Of a stretch of DNA of 64,000 bases, positions 53,794 through 64,000 are shown piece after piece (position 1 is the stretch's first letter; each line of letters starts with the position of its first letter). The position numbers and the translations under genes were made by a program. This DNA is from Eledone cirrhosa. Its lineage: Eukaryota. The stretch spans positions 21,390,001 through 21,454,000 of the forward strand of contig OZ024752.1 in NCBI GenBank assembly GCA_964016885.1, written 5' to 3'. The notes under the pieces are model-generated. The model did not search any database, was not told where the DNA came from, and saw nothing but the letters and a program-made list of their open reading frames with translations.

Positions 53794-54267
53794 TCTGGTG
53801 TACACACAACCTGAAACACACAATAACACAAACTTATGAACATGTTTTCACCTGTAGAGCCGGTGCTTCAATATTTAACACCCTAGCCTACAACTACAAT
53901 GATTGCCCTCAAATCTCCCAAATTAAATAGTTTTAACTTACATTGTAGTAAGGCCTAGATTATGACACTTGCTCATACCATGCTAAGAAAATTACTAAGC
54001 CTGCATTTTCTACTGCATAGTCCACACAAACTCATGCCAAATCATGTGATAGGTTGTATCACTATATGACCCTTTCCACAACACTGTTGCATGACAAAGA
54101 TGTTTAGTAATTTATTTATTGATTGCAGAAAATAATATATTTAGTTATACAAATTTGTATAAAACTGCTTTGAAGTTCAGTAATGCATCCTAGTTGGCCT
54201 AATGGTTGTGCAGACCCCTCTGTATAACTGCTGTTTACCATTTTTGATGTAGAGTTAGGTCTTTATT

Positions 54268-54840
54268 TTTCTTCTTCGCCCACTTATTCCTGGAAGGGTC
54301 GTGAGGGGGGGGGGGGAGATAGAGTCCTCAAACACTCCTTTCTGCGGGTTCTGTCAGAAGCAATTAATCTGCATTTAATCTGGCTGGATCCCTAAGCAAG
54401 ACCAGTCGAGCTCTTAAAAATTCATTAATGAAAAAAAATGGGAAAGGAGAGCAATATATATACCAGCTGTGTCTCGAGGAGAACAGCCAGTGACCCCCCG
54501 CTGCATCAGTCATTCCACCCCACGGGGCTACTTTCTCAAGCGGGATGCATTCCACCTGATTTTGCGGAAGGAAACGCTAGTGTTAGTCTCAGCATTTAGA
54601 TGTTTCGCTTATCTGCCCTATCGGAGGACATTATCCAGGTTTGTGGCCGAAGCGACAAAGCTGGAGTAAAGAAAAAGTGGCAGCACGTGGCGTCCCAGAT
54701 TAGCGGTTTTCCCACCCACTCGAACGAGAAAAGGGTTCGCCATGGTCGAAGCAGGTAGGCAGGATCCAATTGTGATGGGAAACGGACCGCACCAAGTCTC
54801 TGATGGCGTCATTCAAAGTGGAAACGACCTGCACCGTGAT
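54268..54840 (-). mobile_element. Possible decayed LINE 3' end with (GAA)n tail
   Basis: GC-rich broken frames ending ..RDPARLNAD*, a short UTR and GAAGAAGAAAAA; family not recognised. Confidence 0.3.
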
Positions 54841-54899
54841 GACAAAAGAGGGGGAAATAAGAAGTAATTTTTAAGTAGAGAGCAACCCAGTAAAATGGA

Positions 54900-55110
54900 G
54901 TATGTAATAAAAACAACCGTGGGCCCTAGCAGTTTTACGATATTCAATGCGTTCTGCTTGCCTCCACTTATCAAACAAATTTAAGGTAATTTTTTACTAT
55001 TTACTTATGGAGTTCTCGGGCGGAGGACGAGGGAAAACGAGTAATTTACGACGGTTTTGAAGGCCATATTAGTAACAAAAAAACAACAACATAAGTTCCT
55101 CCTTCAAAAT
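54900..55110 (-). promoter_or_regulatory. Candidate THUMPD1 promoter / non-coding first exon
   Basis: Locally CpG-rich, repeat-free stretch upstream of the ATG exon, which itself begins with a splice acceptor. Possible donor GTAAAT after 55005. Inference only. Confidence 0.3.
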
Positions 55111-55861
55111 TTGAACTAATCCTATCAACTAACTACCCTTAAAATTAATATATTTATATATATATATATATATATATAAAGTAAAATTCATTTCTGAGAC
55201 TCTGAGACGGGTGTAACAGTAAAAATATTATATATATATATATTATATACTACCCTAAGTATTGAGTACTCTGGTGCGTTATGGTCGATCTGGTTCCTTA
55301 CCACAATTCCTTTGTTATATATATAAATACCGAATTTTAATCTATTCATCCATCATACAACTAATATTAAATATATTATTTACTGTCGTGGCGTTTACTA
55401 CTTGACAAACTATTCCATTCACAAATAAATTAATATTTTCTGATGTCTATAGTTGTTGCTTCTAAAACGTATATTTGTTACCTCTTCGTAAATATTTATT
55501 CTTCTGGAATAATTTACAAATATTTATACCAGATATTGCCGTATAAGTAAAGCTAAGCAAGAGGACGAAGCCGGCTAATATTACTAGATTATGTAGACCA
55601 TAATATATTACTATTAAATATCTTATATACTGTAGAAGGGTGGAAAGTAAAGGTGAAAGCTCGTGAAACAAAGTTGTAGTAGATGCATAATAAGCGAGGT
55701 AATGTTAATACCGGTTAATGTGTACATACCTTTTTTGTATATGTATTTCCAAGAAAATACTCCGAAGGAAACCGACTATAAACAGGATAACACGCGAGAA
55801 CATTTAGTGTTTGGCTGTGATAGTTGTCTCCCTTGATATCAGAATCACCTCCCTTGTTATA

Positions 55862-56131
55862 TATGTGGCTTTGTGTTTAGAGTATAAAGCTTACAATCGT
55901 AAGGTGGTGAGTTCGATTCCCGGCGGCGCGTTGCTGTCAAAAATGAGTTGTACCAGCAGTTCGAAGGACCAGCCTTGTTACGCACTGTGTCACACCGAAT
56001 CTCCCTGAGAACTAAGTAAAGGGTAAATATGTCTGGGGAATGCTCAACCACTTGCACGTTAATTTCACGAGCAGGCTGTTCCGTTGATCGGATCAACTGG
56101 AACACTCGTCGTCGTAACCAACGGAGTGCCT

Positions 56132-56134
<3 letters not shown>
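55862..56134 (+). mobile_element. tRNA-derived SINE (third family)
   Basis: A-box-like TGGCTTTGTG, B box GAGTTCGATTCC, ~270 bp, ends at (TA)n. Confidence 0.75.
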
Positions 56135-56182
<48 letters not shown>

Positions 56183-56307
56183 GGAGGTGAGTTTTATTGT
56201 AGTACAATAAAGCAATGCAGATATCGGATAAGAAGCACTCTACAGTTTGTAGGACTGGAGTATACATAATATATAAGATCAAAAGATAGTTAAAGGAGTT
56301 CCATGTA

Positions 56308-56374
56308 TTTTATTATGCGCATTTCAAAAACAAACATCATCATGCAATAATATTTGTGTTTTCATCAGATAAAA
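56308..56374 (-). ncRNA. Type I hammerhead ribozyme
   Basis: uuuuau-CUGAUGA-AAAcACAAAUA..UGUUUGUUUUU-GAAAU-GCGC-AUA-auaaaa; palindromic stem III. Confidence 0.75.
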
Positions 56375-56429
56375 GAGGAGAACATGATATGAAGGCTAAA
56401 AAACACTTGTGGATAGTGCAGTTTTAAAT

Positions 56430-56486
<57 letters not shown>

Positions 56487-56649
56487 CACGTTATACAACA
56501 AGGTAAACCCAGTACAATGCTTGTCGGAAATAATAATAATAATAATAATGAAATTATTGTGTAAAGAACTCAGGTGCACTACAACTTTGAAAAGTCCACT
56601 TAAATCTGTTGGAACGCGAACATAAATAACAATACGAACAACAATAATA

Positions 56650-56843
56650 ATAATTGTTTCTACAATAGGCACAAGGCCAGCAATTATTCCAGTGTATTAC
56701 TGGTACTTTATTTTATCGACCCCCGTTAGGATGAAAGGCAAAGTTAACCTCGACGGGATTTGAACTCAGATGTTAAAGGGCCGTAACTCTATACTGCAAA
56801 GCATCGCATCCGGCCCTCTACCGATACTGCCTATCCACCGCCC
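56650..56843 (-). mobile_element. SINE family S1
   Basis: Reverse complement of the S1 body and head. Confidence 0.88.
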
Positions 56844-57747
56844 TCTGAGAGATAGAAATAATAATAATAGAAATAACAGGAACGATAACAATAGACAGAA
56901 CAATAACAATAACTATAATAATAATAGCAATAAACGTAACAACAATACATGTAACAACCACAATAATAGAAATAGCAATAACAACGTTAACAGTAGGGAA
57001 AACAACAGGTATAATGACAATAATAATAGTACACACAACTATTAACGGTAGATTTAATGACAACCTCTTACAAGAACCTGTTCTTCAGCCCAACTGACAA
57101 AACATACAAGATGAATACAATTTATCCCACTAAATTACCTTTTAATAAAAGAGTTTGTATACCACAACAAATAGATGACCAAACAGACTCACAGTTTACC
57201 ACAGCTAGAAATATACTTAGACAGGTAGTAGAACAATATACTAGGAGACAAGACAGACCAGATATTCAACGACTTGGAAGAAAACCTGCAGAAGGCTTAC
57301 TTAGTCTCATGCAGCGCACAAGGGATGGTGAGGTAGTGTCTCTACCCAGAGACAAATCCAGTAGAATGTCAATAGACAGCTTGCTGAACTACATCAAGAC
57401 TATGCAACCCCACATGATCAACACGAGCGAAACAACACCACAGGTACATGAGGAAAGAGAAAAGATCCTCAATGCTCACATGATGATGTGGACCGACATC
57501 CTAAAACCAAGTAGACGCACAGCCAATTATTTCCAAGCCTCTAACAATGACATACCACCCTTATATGGACTCCGCAAAGACCATAAGACAACTAACAAAA
57601 CCCATATGCAGAGCCAATATTGCCAGTAACTACAGGATCTCCTACTTCCTCTCTATGATTATAGGCCCCATAATTAAAATGTCCCCAGATATATGTGGCA
57701 GCACAGAGGACCTCCTCAGTAGAATCAATGAATGCAACAACAACAAA

Positions 57748-58005
57748 ATCATCCATCCATCCATATCCAGTTTTGGTCTTTAGGGTGCTGCAGTTGTCCT
57801 GGACTCTGAGGTAGGCAACACCAGGCAATGTCTCACAGCCATTCTCCATGAATTTCTGTCTATAGTATCAACATCGGCCAAGTTCCATTTATATAAATCC
57901 CTCTTCACGCATTCCAACCACGTCTTCCTTGGTCTGCCGCAATCTCTAGTGTCGGGGATTGCCAAGTGAGTGATGGAGTTGATGCATGACGTGGCTTGTT
58001 GTACA
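57748..58005 (-). mobile_element. Short RTE-type 3' fragment with (TGGA)n tail nested in the PLE
   Basis: GRPRKTWLECVKRDL..DRNSWR. Confidence 0.75.
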
Positions 58006-58534
58006 TGTCAGTATGGATGTAGTATCCCTGTACCCATCCATTGACATTGATTTTGCTGTGGAAAAATGTGTGGAAATAATCAGTGAGAACGAAGTGGAGT
58101 TCTGAGACGTTGACACAAAGACTTACTTAGACTTACTTATGACACTGAAAACTTAGATAATTATGACATTAATGGTTTCTGCCCTAGTAGGCCAACAAGA
58201 GGTAAACCTCCCACCATAACCTCAATGGCGAATAAGACTCCCATAGGAAGATAGAATGGATGGACCAAAGCCATATGGACACCCCAAAACAACGATCAGG
58301 TGAGGAAAATGGTCGCACATGCAGTAGGGGCTAGTATTAAAACTACCCTAAAGGGCCACATGTTTAAATTTAATGAGAAAATATACACCCAGAATGAGGG
58401 AACAGCCATTGGCGTCAGCTTAGCTGGTGATGTTGCCAACCTATTTATGGTATGGTGGGAGAGGAGACTCAGAGAACTCCTAGAAGAGAACTCCATAGCC
58501 CTCATCATGTACTCTCGTTACATAGATGATATCA

Positions 58535-59225
58535 TCATCATCTTCATTTTACGTCCGCTTTTCCCTGCTTACAAGAGTGGGACGAGTCTTATTCAGCACA
58601 GCATCTCTCCACTTGTCACGGTCCTGCGTCATCTCCACCATGAGCTTCAGCAATCTGAGGTCTGTTCTTACCACCTCCGCCCATGTTTTTCGTGGTCTAC
58701 CTCTACCACGTCTTCCTTCAACTGGCATTTCCTGGCACTTCTTCACCCATCAGTCATCCTCCATGCGCATCACATATCCATACCACAGCAGTCTCCTCTC
58801 TCGCACACTACATTCTATCCCTCTCAGACACAGTTTCCCTCTCAACACATCCATGCTGGGTCGTTCACGCACATTGACATTGCACATCCAACAGAGCATG
58901 CTTGCCTCATTTCTCTCCAGCCATCGCATATCCTCTGCAGTTGCTGCCCAAATCTCACTACCATGCAGCATCGTGCTCCTCACACAGGCATCATATAACT
59001 GGCCTTTCATACGCAGAGAGAAACCCTTCTTCGTCAGCAGAGGAAGCAGCTCCCTAAACTTCTTCCAATCCCTCCTTATTCTAGATACTATGGCCTCGGA
59101 ACACCCCCCTCCCATGCTAATCTGATCTCCTAGGTACTGGAAGCTATCAACCACTTCTATAGCACCCGCCTGTATTTGAAAAATGTGTCTATTAATGCGA
59201 CTTCTATCAATGTGTCTATCAATGC
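58535..59225 (-). mobile_element. RTE 3' fragment inserted right after the PLE YIDD codons
   Basis: VDSFQYLGD..RRLLWYG..GRPRKTW; flanked by GATATCA at 58528-58534 and 59226-59232. Confidence 0.9.
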
Positions 59226-59767
59226 GATATCAATATAATAATAAAAACACACCCACAAGAGAGTACCAATAAACCTAGAAAATAACACAATGGAGGGCAT
59301 GCAGCTGATAGCTAACTCCATATACCATAGCATAACTGTAACTATTGATTACCCTTCCAAACACCCTAATAATAATAGACTACCAATATGAGACACAGAA
59401 CTCTGGTTAAACACTATAAATGAGAGGCCCAAATTCTCCACTCACATTATGCTAAACCCGTGGCCTCCAAAACCTTATACTTAAAAGCTCAGCAATGTCC
59501 AATAGTGCTAAGTTTAATACTCTGATCGCAGACTTGGTAAGAATGATGAAAAATGTGTCAATCAATGATAAACATTGATTGCCAGATAAATTAACTATGG
59601 AGATATAAAAGATACAGAAGTGAAAATCAATCCAAACCAAGCAGTGAGTGTATTTTATTATTATTTCTGGCAATATTATAACAATATATATATATATTTA
59701 ATTAGAAAGGAATAGCTCTGTTCTATACATAGAGCACTCTTTTTCTTCGAAAATACTTAACACACAT

Positions 59768-59809
<42 letters not shown>

Positions 59810-59970
59810 TATTTAATTATCTAATAAACAACACAATATAATTATTCCATTACTGAAGGTTTCATGAAGTCAGACGATTCTAACAGAAACGTCTAGTTAG
59901 AATTGTCTTATTTTGTGAAACCTTGGGTAATGGAATAATTATATTGTGTTGTTTATTACATAATTAAATA
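59810..59970. repeat. 161-bp hairpin palindrome
   Basis: TATTTAATTAT.TAATAAACAACACAATATAATTATTCCATTAC.. versus its reverse complement, with a short loop. Confidence 0.9.
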
Positions 59971-60029
59971 GCTCTGTACTAGACATAGAGCACTCTTCTT
60001 TCCGTTACCCTTTCTACGGGAATACATAA

Positions 60030-60856
60030 CTATAGGGTCAAAGAAGCAATTAAGGAAATGAAAAGTGGTAAGATTGCTGGACCATCAGGGATAGTTGCTG
60101 AGATGCTGAAGGCATCAGAAGAAGAAGGAAATAAACTGGTTACACACATAGTCAATCAAGCTATATATGGTGGAGTCATACCCAAAGACTGGTGTAGCAG
60201 TATTCTTGTAAATTGCTACAAAGGTAAACGGGATGCTCTGGAGAGGAGCAATTATAGGGGTATAAAACTGATGGATCAGATTATGAAAGTAACAGAAAGA
60301 ATGCTAGCACAACTAATTAGAAAAAGGGTCAAATTAGATGAGATGCGTTTGGTTTTGTGCCTGGGAAAAGTACAACAGTGCTTCCTCTGTTGACAAAGAA
60401 GGGTTTCTCCCTATGAACGAAAGGCCGGTTATATGATTCCTGTGTGAGATGCGTGATGTTAAATGGTAGTGAGACATGGGCAGCAACTGTAGAGGATATG
60501 CTGGAGAGAAATGAAGCAAGCATTCTCCAATGGATGGGCAATGTCAATGTGCATGAATGACCAAGCATAGTCAAGTTGAGAGAGAAACTGTGTATAAGAG
60601 GGATAGGTTGTAGTGTGTGGGAGAGAAGACTGCATTGGTATGGTCATGTGATGCACATGGAGGATGACAGCTGGGTAAAGAAGTGCAAAGAAATCCTGGT
60701 GGAAGGAAGACGCAGTAGAAGAAGACCACGAAAATCATGGGTGGAGGTGGTGAGAGCTGACCTCAGATCGCTGAAACTCACAGAGGCGATCACGAATGGG
60801 GAGATCCTGTACAAGCAAGGAAAAGCGGACATAAAATGATGATGACGATGATGATA
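60030..60856 (+). mobile_element. Internally deleted RTE fragment
   Basis: KSGKIAGPSGIVAEMLKA..KLDEM jumps to LLTKKGFS..RRLHWYGHV; GAT tail. Confidence 0.88.
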
Positions 60857-61691
60857 TATATATATATACATATATATCAGTTGATAATACAAGAGTGTAT
60901 ATGGCTAAGAAAATTTAAAGCTCAATATGATTTTATAATCCTCAACAAGATTTGTAATTATTTACAACTTTGCTTAATTCTCCCACTGGGACATCAATAC
61001 ATGGTTTGAACTTAACTCTGATGAGCTATTTTTATTGGAATAAATCTTTTGTTCCTGTTAGCAAAACGTTTATAAGTCCCCATTAAATATTTTAATAACA
61101 ATCCAATGGCAAGTGGTATTTTAGGGGCTAATGCTTTGCTTTAAAAAAATATCCTTAAAAATAAGTCTAAGAGAAAGAATAAACATTAAAAAAAAAGAAA
61201 TAAACAAATAAGCGAAGCATTTGGTCAAACAATTCCCTAGGGAATTAATAGAAACCAAAATATATGATAAAGCTAGCAGTTAGAATTACTGGTTGTCTAG
61301 CTTACTGTATTCATTTATGCATGCATACATACATGGACACACACACACATATATATATATATGGTGGCTGCCAACTCGTTTTCGAGTACGGCCACTATTT
61401 AATATCCATGTAGGAGAACCCCTACCGATGCACTGAACGAGTGTAACTTTTTAGTCCAGCTAGCGACTTGAAAACTCTGGTACAAACACTACACTTGTGA
61501 CAATTATTGACACATAGTGCTGGGCCCATGGTACCATGTGACGACAAGTGCAGAGAGATCTCCAGATATTAAGCAATGCCTGTGCCGTGAAGCTTTTATA
61601 GTGAGCAAAGGCACTGCACAAAGCCAGTCCCATTCTCTTAACCAAATATATATACGTACACATATATATACATACATGCATATATACATGG

Positions 61692-61750
<59 letters not shown>

Positions 61751-62174
61751 CACATATATATACATACATGCATATATATATATATTCTTACACATACACA
61801 TGAGCTGCTGACCAAATAAGTTTTGATATCAATGGGTTAAAGACATAGGTAAAATCAATTAGTGGTCAGTTCAGTCAAAAGTCTTGTATGTAATGTATGT
61901 AATGTATGTATATATATTTTGTAAGTATATATATATTAATATGAGTGTTTAACTCTGTCTTTTATTTGTATATATATATATATATATGTAGATAAATCTA
62001 CCAAAATATACGGTAGTGTCCAATCCGTATGAAGAATGCAATGTAATCCAAATATCATGAAAAGAGATGTATTCAAAAATTTTTTCGATGAAAGTCACAG
62101 GAAAACAGAGTCAAGATAAATTGATAAAAACAACGAATAAAAACAAAGAAACAGTTCTTTATATTAAAAAATTC

Positions 62175-62310
62175 ATCATTTTACGATCGTTTCTAGGATA
62201 TATATGTGTGTGTGTTGGTATGTATATCATATACATCTATGTAAAAATTTTACAAACTATCAGAGGGAATATACATACCTACACATATATATGCTGTCTT
62301 CAGAAATAAT
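62175..62310 (-). ncRNA. Type I hammerhead with long extended stem II
   Basis: auuauuu-CUGAAGA-cAGcAUAUAUAUGUGU.GGUAUGUAUAU..AUAUACAUACC..ACACAUAUAUAUcCUa-GAAAC-GAUC-GUA-aaaugau. Confidence 0.75.
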
Positions 62311-62600
62311 TGCATTACTGGTACTTTATTTTATCGACCCCGTAAGGATGAAAGGCAAAGTCAACCTCGGCGGGATTTGAACTCAGATCGTAAAGGGACG
62401 TAACTATGCTGGAAAGCATGGCGTCCGACCCTCTACCGATACTGCCAATCAGAAATAATTGTTTCTACGTTTGGCACAAGGCCAGCAATTACCCAGTGCA
62501 TTACTGGTACTTTATTTTATCGACCCTCTAAGGATGAAAGGCAAAGTTATCCTCGGCGGGATTTGAACTCAGAATGGCAAGGACCGTAATTCCACTACTG
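62311..62600 (-). mobile_element. Two tandem partial S1 SINEs
   Basis: TACTGGTACTTTATTTTATCGACCC..GGATTTGAACTCAG occurs twice. Confidence 0.85.
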
Positions 62601-62614
62601 GAATTTCAGAAGGA

Positions 62615-64000
62615 ATACTTGACCAGAAATACATGTAGTAATCTATTCGACATTACTATGGGCTCTAGTGATTCTGCCCAAATTACCGATCTTGTGGGCC
62701 TCTTTCTTCTATTTAACATAAATGCTTCTTTTCCCCACCTTAAAGGTGGTTTATATCGTGATGACTGTCTTTTTCTTTCCACTAACTTTAGCCTATCAGA
62801 AATTGGAAAAAATAAAAAACTTATTAGAACTTTCCTCAAAGACTATTATAGTCTCACTATTACATTTGAAAAGACCAGTAAAGTAGTTAATTTTCTTGAT
62901 ATAACTTTAGACTTATCTACGGGTATCTACCAACCTTACCATAAACCTAACCAAAACTTACATTACATACACTCACAATCCAATCACTCTGATCTATCCT
63001 TAAAAACCTAGCATATAATATCTCACTCAGAATTTCTAACCTTTCATCTAACCAGGGTGTATTCGATAAAAATGCGACCTTTTATAACGAAGCTTTAGCT
63101 AGAAGCGGCTACAAAAACAAATTAGTATATATACCTTGTACCAATAATACTTCAAACATACAACCCAATATTGCCAACAAACACCAAATGAAAAATACAC
63201 ACCTAAATGCCACTCACACTACACCCAAAAATACCAACCTAAAACTTAATTTCTCTACCTCTTCTCACATACAATATAATAAATTTCAAAAAACCATCCA
63301 TCCTAATACTCCAATATATGTCAATAACATTACTAACAAAATTCCTAATAATCAGGCTAAAACACCTAAATCAGTGAATCTAACTAAACATATGTATAAT
63401 AAATTCACTAATATTAACTCTCTTAGTAAACATCAGGATACATCGTATACAAATAAAAAACAGCATCGAAACCGTAATAGACGAGTTACTTGGTATAATG
63501 CTCCATTTAATCTACAAATTAAAGATAATATCCCTAAAATCTTTTTTTACTATCCTAGAGAAAAACTTCCCGCCAAACCATAAATACCATCAAATTTTAA
63601 ATAGATCAACGGTCAAATTCTCCTACTCCACTACCAAAAATATACAACAAAATATAAGTGCCTACAATGCATATAAATGTAAAAAAAACCCATGAATATA
63701 CCACCAATACATCAAACTAACCATAATACTAAAATAAACCACAGCAAACCACCATCTCCTTCACATACAAGTCGAGTAAATTCCACACCTAATTTGACTA
63801 ACTCTCCTGATATAATATTCACGAAAGGTTGTAACTGCAGAAACAAAGCAAATTGCCCATTAAAAGGAAATTGCCTTATTAATAACATAGTATATAAATG
63901 TAAAATTAGCACTAAGGACTCAACTTATTCATATATAGGAGCTACTTCTAACCAATTTAAAGTAAGATTTAATACCCACAAACACAGTTTTTAAAAATGC
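62615..64000 (+). mobile_element. Penelope-like element (YRDD-type RT plus GIY-YIG), frameshifted, runs off the window
   Basis: FDITMGSSDSAQITDLVGL..GLYRDD..VNFLDITLDL..YHKPN..SNH; RRVTWYNAPF; CNCRNKANCPLKGNCL..IVYKC..YIGAT. Same lineage as the 5.1-6.8 kb element. Confidence 0.9.

Larger units (their letters stand above)
57057..59600 (+). mobile_element. Decayed Penelope-like RT region interrupted by two RTE insertions
   Basis: RDKS..PPLYGLRKDHK..STEDLL..MDVVSLYPSI..Q.EGTAIG..ANLFM..RYIDDI|NIII..DYPSKH..HYAKP..SAM..K.NTL.ADLVR. Confidence 0.85.

Overview
Eukaryotic, AT-rich, repeat-dense genomic DNA. The SINE and RTE repertoire and the (TA)n tracts suggest an octopod cephalopod (inference). 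One host gene is recognisable: THUMPD1 on the minus strand, with 3 coding exons (about 332 aa) and a 26.9-kb last intron. That intron holds a 22-kb structure made of ~740-bp terminal inverted arms (27524-28267 and 48905-49646) around ~320 copies of a 52-bp satellite, into which an intact RTE LINE has inserted. Each arm carries an outward-facing type I hammerhead ribozyme; the left one is intact and followed by AATAAA, the right one is broken by a deletion. The rest of the window is nested mobile DNA: about 10 RTE-clade LINE copies (the longer ones with a PHD-type finger in ORF2), fragments of at least two Penelope-like lineages, about 10 hammerhead motifs, tRNA-derived SINEs, a piggyBac relic, MITEs and several fold-back palindromes. 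All coordinates, pairings and counts were read by eye; no database search was run.
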